Assembly: GCA_964402035.1 (NCBI GenBank)
Contig: CAYOAM010000001.1
Location: forward strand, 371,558-435,557
Reading direction: 5' to 3'
DNA from: an uncultured Candidatus Saccharibacteria bacterium
GTDB taxonomy: Bacteria > Patescibacteriota > Minisyncoccia > Phycocordibacterales > UBA918
Length of the DNA stretch: 64,000 bases
This document shows positions 52,369-61,902 of the stretch, piece by piece; the first letter of the stretch is position 1; each line of letters begins with the position of its first letter. Under the pieces are notes generated by a model. It did not search any database. It saw only the letters and a program-made list of their open reading frames with translations, and was not told where the DNA came from. Both the position numbers and the translations under genes were made by a program.

Positions 52369-52501
52369 ATCTCTAAAACGTGCTTAGTATAGCAGTTTTT
52401 TAGCTTATATATTGAAGATACTTGCTTTATTCATGTTATATGGTATAATTGACACCTGATATTGTTCCCAGTTCTTCTCACTATCGACAGGGAGTATCCC
52501 A

Positions 52502-52984
52502 ATGAACAATTCTTCAATGCAAGCAAACCCCTGCATTCTTGTTGCTTTACGTGGAGGTATCAAGGATGCGTTTGCCGAAATCATAAGGCAAATCGAGCTA
52601 TTAGAAATGGAATTCGATGCACTGCGTTTGAGACCGCTCGACTCCGAAGAAGAGAGACGATTCCTACTTTCTTTTCACAAAGAAATAGGCGTCTCTCTAA
52701 AAAGTATATTGCGTCAATCCGCCACGATGGATGTTGTCAATACAATGACATCAATCGACACTGTTCTCTGTCTTTACGCATTCGCCACAAGCAACCGATG
52801 CATTGAAAAGGTGAAACCAAGAACGATTGTTGTTCTGACAGAATTTAGGGTGACGTTTCAAGCTCTTGACCGGGCACGAAAATGGCTTCAAAGGGAAGTT
52901 GAATACATTACCAACCCGCCACCATTGTGGTGGCGCATACTTGCGGGTCTAACGAACAGCCGAGCACCGTTGCGCGGTCGGTAA
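52502..52984 (+). CDS. Hypothetical protein
   Basis: 160-aa ORF with TGGTATAAT and GGGAG upstream, hairpin downstream. Confidence 0.55.
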   Translation: MNNSSMQANPCILVALRGGIKDAFAEIIRQIELLEMEFDALRLRPLDSEEERRFLLSFHKEIGVSLKSILRQSATMDVVNTMTSIDTVLCLYAFATSNRCIEKVKPRTIVVLTEFRVTFQALDRARKWLQREVEYITNPPPLWWRILAGLTNSRAPLRGR

Positions 52985-53047
52985 CAACATTCGCCCACGA
53001 AGAGTCGCTTGCGACCTTCGTGGGCGATTTTTCTATTTATCTTTCCA

Positions 53048-53095
53048 TACCAAGGGTAGCCCTTGGTAGATATTTTTTCCAAGGGTTACCCTTGG
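53048..53095. repeat. Pair of CCAAGGG/CCCTTGG palindromes (REP-like)
   Basis: TACCAAGGG-tag-CCCTTGGTA and CCAAGGGT-t-ACCCTTGG. Confidence 0.7.
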
Positions 53096-53155
53096 CAGTA
53101 TCTGTCCTTACCTTGAGATCTTCCCTCAAAGTCTATATTGACGTATCATTTCGCT

Positions 53156-54493
53156 ATGACCGATCCTAAAAGCCACAAGATCAATGTCAGTCTCTCTATT
53201 GAAGGCGGACACCCACTCTCGGGGACTATTGAAACAAACACCAGCAAAAATGGTGCTGTTGTGCTCTTGGCCGCTTCCCTACTCAACAAAAAAACCACAA
53301 CGCTGCACAAAATGCCACAGATCGAAGAGGTGTTTCGCCTCATTGAAGTGTTGCGCAGCATCGGAGTTGTCGTCACCTGGAGCGGTTCAACACTCACTCT
53401 AACTCCACCTCCAAAATTTTTACTTGACGATGTCGATGTACCCGCAGCACAGCTCACCCGCAGCATTTTGATGTTTATTGGTCCCCTACTGCATCATTTT
53501 TCTTCTTTTTCACTTCCTCAGTCAGGCGGATGTAGACTCGGTGCACGCACAGTACGTCCGCACTTTTTTGCACTCGAACCATTGGGAGTTGCAGTCACAA
53601 CCGAAGAAGAGCGCTTCAATATTTCACACGAGAAGCTTACACAGCCTGCAGAAATCATCCTCTATGAGTCTGGCGACACGGTCACAAACAACCTCACCAT
53701 GGCGCTCGCACTAATGGAAGGCACGACGACAATCAAGTACGCCTCAGCCAACTACCAAGTGCAGGAGCTCTGTTTCTTCCTCGAAAAATGTGGGGTCAAG
53801 ATTGAAGGAATTGGATCTACCAACCTCACCATCACCGGTGTACGTGAAATCGCACAAGATATTGAGTACACACTTTCAGAAGATCCGATAGACAGCATGT
53901 TTTTTATCGCTACAGCGATCGTGACGAAGTCTGCGATCACTATCACTCGCGCGCCGATCGAATTTCTGGAACTCGAACTTTTGAAATTGGAAAAGATGGG
54001 TTTTGTGTACACCAAAAGCGCTCCGTACTTCTCACACAATGGTCGCACCAAACTTGTCGACATTCATACACAACCATCCAAGCTCATTGCACCAGAAGAA
54101 AAAATTTATGGCCGCCCCTATCCGGGACTCAATATCGACAACCTCCCATTTTTTGCTGTCATTGCGACACAAGCCGACGGACAGACACTGATCCATGACT
54201 GGGCATACGATGGCCGCGCCATCCACTACACCGAACTTTCAAAACTCGGAGCCGAAGTACTGCTGGCTGACCCACATCGCATCTTTATCTCAGGACCATC
54301 GACCCTAACACCTGCCGATCTCACCTGTCCTCCAGCACTACGGCCTGCAGCGATACTCTTAATCGCCATGTTGGGTGCGGAAGGCACGTCCAAACTCCGC
54401 AATATCTATAGTATCAAGCGTGGCTACGAAAACTTGGCTGAACGACTTGCTTCGATTGGTGCGCATATCACCTCCTTTGAAGAAGATCTCTAA
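53156..54493 (+). CDS. murA: UDP-N-acetylglucosamine 1-carboxyvinyltransferase
   Basis: SKNGA, GGCRLGAR catalytic Cys loop, PYPG...D, RGYE. Confidence 0.9.
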   Translation: MTDPKSHKINVSLSIEGGHPLSGTIETNTSKNGAVVLLAASLLNKKTTTLHKMPQIEEVFRLIEVLRSIGVVVTWSGSTLTLTPPPKFLLDDVDVPAAQLTRSILMFIGPLLHHFSSFSLPQSGGCRLGARTVRPHFFALEPLGVAVTTEEERFNISHEKLTQPAEIILYESGDTVTNNLTMALALMEGTTTIKYASANYQVQELCFFLEKCGVKIEGIGSTNLTITGVREIAQDIEYTLSEDPIDSMFFIATAIVTKSAITITRAPIEFLELELLKLEKMGFVYTKSAPYFSHNGRTKLVDIHTQPSKLIAPEEKIYGRPYPGLNIDNLPFFAVIATQADGQTLIHDWAYDGRAIHYTELSKLGAEVLLADPHRIFISGPSTLTPADLTCPPALRPAAILLIAMLGAEGTSKLRNIYSIKRGYENLAERLASIGAHITSFEEDL

Positions 54494-54640
54494 GATAGAT
54501 CGGAGCTGTAGGAAAATCGCGGACAACGTTTTTTGCAATAGCAACCAATGCCCGCAAGCCCTTTTAAAAAAACGTGGCCAGCGGTTTATGTTGGGCATTT
54601 TTTTTTGGTTTTCTGATTCTCACAAGGTACACTACTCCTG

Positions 54641-56527
54641 ATGTTTGTTATTGAAATTACTCCCATTGGTCGTGGTGTTTTGGCTGAATCACTCTCCTAT
54701 TTTTCGCATACCGCCTACCCACTGGGCGCACTACTCTCCATTGCCGTTCGAAAAAGTACTCAACTCGGTGTCGTGACCAAAATCACCGATGCTTTTTCAA
54801 TGAAAACTGCGCTGCGTGCAGCAACATTTTCACTGCGCAAGCTCGACGAACAGGTACCAAAGCATCATCTTTCACCGCATATCATAGAGACAGCAACCAA
54901 GGCTGCTGCTTTTTACGCTGCATCCATGGGATCCGTTCTTTTTTCGTTGATCCCAAAAGAGATACGCGAAGGAACCATTCCTTTTTTAGAAGGGACTGAA
55001 CACAATGATATACTCCCCAATACTGAAAAACCCTACGTATTTATTGCCCCCGCAAAAGAACGGTACCGTGAATATCGGAGAATGGTGCGAGAATCGTTTG
55101 CAAATAAAAAATCAGTGCATTGTGTACTGCCAACGCTCGAGTATGTGAGCGAGGTACAAGACCTACTAAGTACCGGCATCGAGGCATACACCGTACTACT
55201 ACACAGTGGCCAGCCCAGGTCTTCCTTCCAAAAAATGTACGAGCGGCTACGAAATGAAGGACATCCACTGCTCATCATCACAACTCCAGGACATGCTTTT
55301 ATTGATAGAAAAGATATTGGCACGGTTATCGTGGAGCACGCACGGTCAAACGGGTATCGTGCAAAAATACGGCCATATATCGACTACCGCTTTGCGCTTG
55401 AGGTGCACGCGACCGCACACCGCCGCACACTGATATATGCAGATACCGTGGCGCGCTCCGAAGAAATATATCGATTGCACAACGGGAGTGCTACGTCATT
55501 TGGAGAACTGCCAAAAAGACACAGTCTCCCAGCAACACTGCAGGTCATCACCATGGAAAGCGAAGCAGACCCAGCAACTTTTTTGCTTATATCACCAGAG
55601 CTCAAAAAGCACTTGGAGCTCGCGGTAAAAAACAAAGAGCGGTTCTTTCTGTATTCAGCACGACGTGGACTCGCGCCACTTGTCGCATGTGCTGATTGTA
55701 AACATATTTTTAGAGACCCACATTCAGGATCACCGCTCGCGCTCATACGCGCAGCGCATCATGGTGAACAAAAAAGATTCTTGGTGAGTTCTGTGTCCGG
55801 ATATCGCATGTTGGCACCTGACACCTGCCCCACCTGCGGCGGATGGCGTCTGCGCGAACGAGGCATTGGTATTCAGCATGTGTACGACGAACTTTCAAAG
55901 ATCATCGATCCTGCATCTATATTTTTGTTTGACCATATCACCGCATCGACACACAAAAAAGCGCAGAAAATCCGAGACTCATTTTATGAAAAAAAAGGAT
56001 CGATTCTTTTGGGAACCGCCCTCGCACTGCCATACATTGCGCACCCCGTACACCACAGCGCTATCATGAGTATGGACTCTCTTCGTGCCCTCCCCTCGTG
56101 GCGACAACAGGAAGAAGTATTTGCACTCATGATGTCACTGCGCGAAAAGACGATGGGCAGCGTCTTTGTGCAAACCCGGAGTGAGGATGATATTTTTGAA
56201 TTGGTCCGCCGTGGTGAATTGCAGGAGTTCTATGACCAAGAACTCAAATTGCGCGAACAATTTCGTTATCCGCCCTACGATATTTTTTTGCATCTTACGT
56301 GGTATGAAAGTGAGAACACTACAACCACTCGGGATATGCTTGGGCAACAGTTTGCACCATACGCCATTTCCCTTTATAGTGCACCCAATGTGAGCGCTGG
56401 AAAACAGCTATGGTACGGACTTATACGCATCCCGCGTTCAGACTGGCCTTTAGAAGAACTTTCCCAACAGTTACGAACGCTCCCGCCCACAATTCGTATT
56501 ATGATTAACCCTGATCGTATTATCTGA
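54641..56527 (+). CDS. priA: Primosomal protein N' (degenerate)
   Basis: RRG.A...C..C, CPTCG, GIG, QTR, R....YPPY; Walker motifs not recognisable. Confidence 0.75.
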   Translation: MFVIEITPIGRGVLAESLSYFSHTAYPLGALLSIAVRKSTQLGVVTKITDAFSMKTALRAATFSLRKLDEQVPKHHLSPHIIETATKAAAFYAASMGSVLFSLIPKEIREGTIPFLEGTEHNDILPNTEKPYVFIAPAKERYREYRRMVRESFANKKSVHCVLPTLEYVSEVQDLLSTGIEAYTVLLHSGQPRSSFQKMYERLRNEGHPLLIITTPGHAFIDRKDIGTVIVEHARSNGYRAKIRPYIDYRFALEVHATAHRRTLIYADTVARSEEIYRLHNGSATSFGELPKRHSLPATLQVITMESEADPATFLLISPELKKHLELAVKNKERFFLYSARRGLAPLVACADCKHIFRDPHSGSPLALIRAAHHGEQKRFLVSSVSGYRMLAPDTCPTCGGWRLRERGIGIQHVYDELSKIIDPASIFLFDHITASTHKKAQKIRDSFYEKKGSILLGTALALPYIAHPVHHSAIMSMDSLRALPSWRQQEEVFALMMSLREKTMGSVFVQTRSEDDIFELVRRGELQEFYDQELKLREQFRYPPYDIFLHLTWYESENTTTTRDMLGQQFAPYAISLYSAPNVSAGKQLWYGLIRIPRSDWPLEELSQQLRTLPPTIRIMINPDRII

Positions 56528-56535
56528 CGAACACT

Positions 56536-57087
56536 ATGGCGAAACTCGTACCACAAAAACATCCTGCACTGCATCAAATAGCGGAGGAAGTACCGCTTGA
56601 AGATATTGGCTCCCCGAAGCTTAACAAAGTGCTCGCAGACATGCGGACAGCACTCCATGCATACAATGTGGAAGGTTTTTCTGGTGTCGCCATTGCAGCG
56701 CCGCAAATCGGCATTCCCTTTCGTATTTTTCTTATCGAGGATATGAATCCTGTCCGAGATGATGGAGTGGTTATCCCAGCACTTGTTGCCATAAATCCGA
56801 CCATCGTGAAAATGTCGAAACAAAAGAAAGTTGTTGGTGAAGGTTGTCTTTCGGTACCGGAAGCGTACGGTGCAGTCTCGCGATCGGTCCGCACGACGAT
56901 CCGTGCATACGATGAGAACGGCAACCTGTATGAGCGCGGTGGCAGCGGTCTTTTGGCACAAATATTCCAACATGAAGTCGATCACCTCGACGGCATTCTC
57001 TTTGTTGATAAGGCAACAAAGGTGTGGGACAAAATAGAGGAACAGGAAAAACGTCTGAATAAATCTAAAAAGGAAACACCTGAATGA
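56536..57087 (+). CDS. def: Peptide deformylase
   Basis: GVAIAAPQIG, EGCLS, QHEVDHLDG. Confidence 0.96.
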   Translation: MAKLVPQKHPALHQIAEEVPLEDIGSPKLNKVLADMRTALHAYNVEGFSGVAIAAPQIGIPFRIFLIEDMNPVRDDGVVIPALVAINPTIVKMSKQKKVVGEGCLSVPEAYGAVSRSVRTTIRAYDENGNLYERGGSGLLAQIFQHEVDHLDGILFVDKATKVWDKIEEQEKRLNKSKKETPE

Positions 57088-57962
57088 AAAAAATACGCAT
57101 TGCTTTTTTTGGGACACCAGAATTTTCAGTCGATATTCTACGCGAATTGGAGAAGGCGCATATTGTGCCGTCTCTTGTCGTAACAGCTCCTGATGCGCCA
57201 CGCGGACGCCACCTCGTACTCACGCCCCCCGAAGCAAAAGTCTGGGCTCAAGAACACGATATCCCAGTACTCCAACCGACCACCCTACGGCTCACCTCCA
57301 AAGAGGACAACGATCGCGACGCACTCTATAACAGCGAATGGGATCTATTTATTGTCGCCTCATATGGAAAAATCTTGCCACAGACACTGCTCGATATCCC
57401 ACGTCACGGTACCTTAAACGTTCATCCTTCTCTACTCCCACTGTATCGTGGCGCAAGTCCGATACGATCAGCAATACTTGAAGACAACAAAGCTGCCGTC
57501 GGCGTCACCATCATGCAACTGACCGAAGGGCTCGATGAAGGACCGATCATCGCGCAAGGCCGCGTCGAGACAGAAGAGTGGCCTCCACACGCACTTGTGT
57601 TAGAAAAGCTCCTCGCACACGAAGGTGGCGAGCTATTGGCTGAGGCAATCCCTCTCTGGGTTGCAGGGGGTATCACACCAGAAGCACAGGACAACGCTCA
57701 AGCAACATTTTCATCGAAAATCACTAAAGAGATGGGCGAAATAGATCTTGCTGGTGACCCGTATCAAAATTTCTTAAAAATCCGCGCACTTGAAGGTTGG
57801 CCTGGTACCTACTTTTTTGTAGAGAAAACAGGAAAGAAAATGCGTGTAAAAATTACCGATGCATCATATGCAGATGGCACACTTCATATTGAAAAAGTTA
57901 TTCCCGAAGGAAAAAATGAAATGTCCTACGAACAATTTCAAAAATCACAAGCGACTACCTAA
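57084..57962 (+). CDS. fmt: Methionyl-tRNA formyltransferase
   Basis: FFGTPEFS, NVHPSLLP.YRGASP, LDEG. Confidence 0.96.
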   Translation: MKKIRIAFFGTPEFSVDILRELEKAHIVPSLVVTAPDAPRGRHLVLTPPEAKVWAQEHDIPVLQPTTLRLTSKEDNDRDALYNSEWDLFIVASYGKILPQTLLDIPRHGTLNVHPSLLPLYRGASPIRSAILEDNKAAVGVTIMQLTEGLDEGPIIAQGRVETEEWPPHALVLEKLLAHEGGELLAEAIPLWVAGGITPEAQDNAQATFSSKITKEMGEIDLAGDPYQNFLKIRALEGWPGTYFFVEKTGKKMRVKITDASYADGTLHIEKVIPEGKNEMSYEQFQKSQATT

Positions 57963-57970
57963 GCAAACAC

Positions 57971-58013
57971 CATAATAAAAGGCTGGCACCGTTGGCGCCG
58001 GCCTTTTATTATG
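57971..58013. terminator. Bidirectional terminator between fmt and hpf
   Basis: CATAATAAAAGGCTGGC...GCCGGCCTTTTATTATG between convergent genes. Confidence 0.75.
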
Positions 58014-58022
58014 TGCCGAGTA

Positions 58023-58394
58023 CTAGCCACCAAACCGAAACATTTCTTTCGCACGACGCGCACCACGGCGCATCAAACTTTCTGATCGCGAGTTTGTGCG
58101 TCGCAACTCTTCTTTAATTTCATTTTTCATACGATCAATAGCATTTTCCATCGTCTCCTCCGTCGCTTCCGCGCGCAACACCGTCCCATTTATCTTAAGT
58201 GTGATCTCAGCTCGATAAATCTTGCCTGTCTGATGATGTTCGGTCACCTTTTCAAGCTCAACATCACACACCATATCTGCTGCTTTCCTTGGTAAAAAAT
58301 GCTCGAGAGAAATCAATTGTTTATTGAGCTTCTCTTCTATTTCTGCCGTCATTTGAAAATTCTTGGTCTTTGTATTGATATGTGGAAATGTCAT
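58023..58394 (-). CDS. hpf: Ribosome hibernation promoting factor (HPF/RaiA)
   Basis: AEI........LRAE......AID pattern of the S30AE family. Confidence 0.82.
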   Translation of the reverse strand: MTFPHINTKTKNFQMTAEIEEKLNKQLISLEHFLPRKAADMVCDVELEKVTEHHQTGKIYRAEITLKINGTVLRAEATEETMENAIDRMKNEIKEELRRTNSRSESLMRRGARRAKEMFRFGG

Positions 58395-58400
58395 AGGATA

Positions 58401-58619
58401 TTAACTTATGCGAATAACTTTGTTCCGCGAATGATGACCTGACATAATACGGACCTGAGCAAGTCGCACCTCAAAATGATCAGCAAGCATCTCACGCACA
58501 CGGAGATTTGCTTGGTTCTCAATCTTTGGTGCTCGTACCCCGATCCGATACATATTAGTACGCTCCTCCTTGATAGATTCCTTTCGTACTTCGGTCAGAA
58601 CCTTGACACGTATCTCCAT
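58401..58619 (-). CDS. DUF167/YggU family protein
   Basis: AP....AN......LA.HF......V.I.SG..SR.K. Confidence 0.8.
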   Translation of the reverse strand: MEIRVKVLTEVRKESIKEERTNMYRIGVRAPKIENQANLRVREMLADHFEVRLAQVRIMSGHHSRNKVIRIS

Positions 58620-58867
58620 TATTCTTGTGCCTTTGCGACCTCACGCTGGTCAAGATAGTCCACTATCTCAGCAGACTCATACATTTCAATACCAGCTTCT
58701 GCATCAACCAAGTACGGCACCTGTCGCTTGCCACCGCGAGCTACAAGCTCCTCACCCACTCCAGATTCAGCAATATCTTTTTCATCATATTCAAGACCAA
58801 GCTCCTCGAGCTTATGAATCACCATAGCGCAAAATGGACATCCCGACTTCACGTAGAGCATGAGCAT
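58619..58867 (-). CDS. Glutaredoxin
   Basis: CPFC, GGK.QVPYL, MYES..I..YL. Confidence 0.88.
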   Translation of the reverse strand: MLMLYVKSGCPFCAMVIHKLEELGLEYDEKDIAESGVGEELVARGGKRQVPYLVDAEAGIEMYESAEIVDYLDQREVAKAQE

Positions 58868-58884
58868 AGTTTATATCTCATTAG

Positions 58885-59508
58885 TTATGAACCTTGTAAT
58901 CGAGCGTACCTTGAGAGGAGCTCCGTCTGCTGCAGTATGTGCCCATGCATTGCCTTTTCTACTTCAGCTTTAGTCGCCCCCTCCTCTAATTCTAACACGA
59001 CATCGAGGGCAAAGAGTTTCCAAAAATACCGATGCTCACGATCCGGTGGACAGGGACCGGTGTAGGTATTTTTGCCACTAGAATTTTTCCCCAACGCCCC
59101 ACCCGCCGCTTGATCCCCTTCTGCTAGGTGTGTAGTTGTAGCGGGAATGTTAAAAAGCACCCAATGATCAAAGACATCAATACCCATTCTTTCTTTCACA
59201 AAATTCGGAATATCTGGGTCTTCCATCAAAAGCACAAGCGACCGTGTCCACTCTGGAACACCCGAAATCTGAAGCTCCGGATTTTTGTTTTCCCCATCAC
59301 ACGTGTATTGAGACGGTATCAAGCCGCCCTCAGTAATAGCTGGACTGGTGAGTGAAAATGTGGATGTTGCTTTACTTGCGTCATTCGTAGGTGTAGCCTG
59401 CATTATTGGTTGCTTAGTTTGGTAAAAAATAAAAAACAGTGCAGCCGCAATGATCAAAAAGCCGAGACTCGAAAGCGTAAAAGCCAACCGCATACCCCAT
59501 CCTACCAT
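58885..59508 (-). CDS. YbhB/YbcL (PEBP) family protein with N-terminal TM helix
   Basis: YTCDG, EDPD, HWVLFNIP, YTGPCPP..EHRY; start uncertain (59508 or 59493). Confidence 0.88.
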   Translation of the reverse strand: MVGWGMRLAFTLSSLGFLIIAAALFFIFYQTKQPIMQATPTNDASKATSTFSLTSPAITEGGLIPSQYTCDGENKNPELQISGVPEWTRSLVLLMEDPDIPNFVKERMGIDVFDHWVLFNIPATTTHLAEGDQAAGGALGKNSSGKNTYTGPCPPDREHRYFWKLFALDVVLELEEGATKAEVEKAMHGHILQQTELLSRYARLQGS

Positions 59509-59575
59509 GTTGAATCTCCACCATTTTGATGTACAATGCAGAGCGTTCGGATCAAAGACCCGAACAAGAAGCAAT

Positions 59576-59598
59576 TCCGATGTAGCTCAATGGTAGAG
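59576..59598 (+). repeat. Exact copy of the first 23 nt of tRNA-Asn
   Basis: TCCGATGTAGCTCAATGGTAGAG repeated at 59738-59760. Confidence 0.9.
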
Positions 59599-59698
59599 TG
59601 AGAAAGTCTGGGAGACTTTCGCAAGAGGTTGTCGACAATTTTGAGCTTGAGAGAAATTGTCATACAACCTGAACAGCCTCTGTAAGAGGGCTCGCTGG
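59599..59698 (+). other. ~100-nt three-stem element homologous to 15454-15549 (minus strand)
   Basis: Shared TGAGAA, CAAGAGGTTGTCGA, TCATACAACCT and a YGTAA-capped hairpin. Confidence 0.75.
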
Positions 59699-59737
59699 GA
59701 ACAGTTTGGTGAAGTGGAGGTAGGTACAAGTACATAT

Positions 59738-60066
59738 TCCGATGTAGCTCAATGGTAGAGCAGCTCGCTGTGAACAAAAAAGTTCCAATCGCAGCTTCCT
59801 AGAGAAACCTAGGTTGAAAAACAAGGTGAATTGCTGGAAACCCCTTTGGGGCAATCAGCAGCCAAGCCCGATCGTATCGCAGATACGATTTAGGGAAGGT
59901 TCAGAGACTATCCCTTCGGGGAGTAGCAGGATAACGTTAATCTTTGCGAAGCGCCTTGCACCGTCATTTTGATCAAACAAAATCGGTGATGATATAGTCC
60001 ATCCCTTTTAGCAATAAGAGGAGCAATGTAACGAGTTGGTTGTAGGTTCGAATCCTACCATCGGAG
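59738..60066 (+). tRNA. tRNA-Asn(GTT) interrupted by a group I intron (exons 59738-59771 and 60029-60066)
   Basis: Joined exons give acceptor TCCGATG/CATCGGA, anticodon arm GCTCG-CT-GT|T-AA-CGAGT, T-arm GTAGGTTCGAATCCTAC. Confidence 0.92.
59772..60028 (+). ncRNA. Group I self-splicing intron, 257 nt, no ORF
   Basis: 5' exon ends in U pairing with guide GCAGC (59791); P AATTGCTGGAAA, Q AATCAGCAGCC, R GTTCAGAGACTA, S GATATAGTCC; P3 CAAGGTG/CGCCTTG; terminal G. Confidence 0.92.
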
Positions 60067-60305
60067 CAAAATAAAAAGAGCCACATTTGTGGGCTCTTTT
60101 TATTTTGCGTAGATGGAGGAAGTGAACAGTTTCACTTCCGTTAGGATTCGAACGACGGAGTATGTTGCAGAGCAACTACGAGTCGGTGCCCAGACAAATT
60201 TCCATTTGGAAATTTAGTCGAGGGAGAAATTCATACCATCGGAGCCCACGATAAAAGCCTTATCAATAGGGCTATTATCTTTGCGCCTCAGACAGGATTC
60301 GAACT
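60067..60305. other. tRNA-associated structured element with antisense and direct tRNA-Asn 3' copies
   Basis: Hairpin, GATGG[25-nt hairpin]TAGGATTCGAAC, stem-loops, TACCATCGGAGC at 60234, second AGGATTCGAAC at 60294. Confidence 0.7.
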
Positions 60306-60378
60306 AAAGCGCTTGTGTTCTAGCAACATTTATTAAAAATGCTATGCTTCGCGCAGACACCAGCGGAGGAAATGTGCA

Positions 60379-60726
60379 ATGTTTCGATGCGTCAACTGCG
60401 GATGCAAGCGCGAGGAGCATATTCCTGACTTAGTTAACGAGCCTGCCGAAGGAGAATTCGCAGGCATCGACACGGTAATGCCGGGATATACCATGTCGAT
60501 CTTGGACTGCATGGAAACTCCATGGCCACCAGATTACCAGAAGCAAGCTGACGAACTATGTTTTGGTTCTCTTTGTGTTCGAGATGGACGAGGTTACATC
60601 TCACCAGATATGGAACGTGAAGAGGTCGAGGCAAGATCAAAGCTTGCGACGGCGGCTGGCACAGGATCAGTACTCATTGTTTATGATGAACGTACCGGCA
60701 TGTCCCACATATTATATCTTGAGTGA
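60379..60726 (+). CDS. Hypothetical protein
   Basis: GGAGG RBS, N-terminal CxxCxCxxxxH. Confidence 0.55.
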   Translation: MFRCVNCGCKREEHIPDLVNEPAEGEFAGIDTVMPGYTMSILDCMETPWPPDYQKQADELCFGSLCVRDGRGYISPDMEREEVEARSKLATAAGTGSVLIVYDERTGMSHILYLE

Positions 60727-60913
60727 ATTCGCACCCTACGGTCCATTTGACTCCGTTGGGTGCTTTTTTATACTCTCACCACTTCACTGTTACACAGGTT
60801 CTAACATCCTTCATCAACTGGAGCTGAATATAAATAACCATATTGATATGGTTATTTTTAATTCAGATTAGATACCCTGTGAAGACGTACGAATCATCTC
60901 AAGTTCGGCGAGC

Positions 60914-61832
60914 ACCGTAACCCTCTCACGACCTTGGCACCATCTCCTGTGGAATCATCTTAATGGATAAATGAACTCGTTCAGTATTATAGTATCGCAG
61001 ATATTTTTTCAACGCACAGTTGATTGCACGCACATCAGTGGGTACATGGTCTAAACACTCCTCTTGGAGAGTTCTGTTGAAGCGCTCAATGTGTGCGTTG
61101 TCGTTTGGTTTCCCGATACGCGAATAGCGATGGTCATGCTTGATTCTGGAGACAAACCATGACGAGAACTCAGGTCCATGATCAGACTGCAGCATCGAGA
61201 ATCGAAAGGTGCAGTGTCGTGCTGCTTCGCGCACGAAACGCACACTGGTTCTGCCGTTCATGCGCGCGTATGCTTTCGCATACGCAACACGAGAGTTCAC
61301 GTCGATGAGTGAGAACACATACAGTCGCTTTTTCTGGTCAATCATGCGGTGGATGGTATCGATTTCCACTAAGGAACCTGGCCGTGCTGCGATCGGTCGA
61401 TCGATATGCGGGTGGTACCGTTTCCACGGACTTCGTTTCTTGAGGAGCCCGTGTCGTTCGATGGTACGGTGTACCGTATTTCGAGACACCATCACCCCCT
61501 CACGCATGAGCATCAGATGTATTGCTTCCGTACATCGCCCCGTACTGAGCCGCAGGCGTACAATCCGTTGTTCGACTGCATCGGGAATACTGCGTGGATG
61601 ATGACGAGGACGAGAGCTTCTGGTGGGTATGGTATGATACCCAATCCTCTTCGCTCTTCACACCCACTTCATCACCGCAGTATGGTGGTACCCAAGGTAC
61701 CGACCAACCTTGCGTGCACTCCATCCTTTGTTGAGGACAAGATACGCCGCTTCGCGGCGTATCTTTGGCATCTGTGGATTTTTGGTATACATGGCACTAG
61801 TATGTGGTGCCAAGGTATTGGGGGATTACGGT
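60914..61832 (-). mobile_element. IS481-like insertion sequence
   Basis: Imperfect ~28-bp terminal inverted repeats with core ACCTTGGCACCA (60931) / TGGTGCCAAGGT (61805) enclosing a DDE transposase. Confidence 0.75.
60926..61792 (-). pseudogene. IS481-type transposase (HTH + rve integrase core) with internal stop
   Basis: Frame runs from MYTKNPQMPKIR; in-frame TGA at 61658-61660; core EIDT, QSDHGPEF, NAHIERFNRTLQEE, YN.ER.H. Confidence 0.82.
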
Positions 61833-61902
61833 AAATTTGACAAACACGTAGCATAATCGTATAGTCGCTCCCGATTGCTCTTTCACAAAGAAAGGACTTC
61901 CC

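Noticed and set aside
56374-57201. 275-aa minus-strand ORF and the many other short overlapping ORFs in the track
   Set aside because: Antisense or off-frame shadows of well-supported genes such as def and fmt, with no recognisable motifs
59576-59737. Second or split tRNA-Asn gene
   Set aside because: Only 23 nt match; what follows is the element shared with 15454-15549, and no group I core or 3' half is present
59772-60028. Homing endonuclease in the intron
   Set aside because: The intron is only 257 nt and almost entirely catalytic core
61658-61660. TGA recoded as Gly/Trp (genetic code 25 or 4)
   Set aside because: TGA terminates intact genes here (def, priA, greA), so code 11 applies
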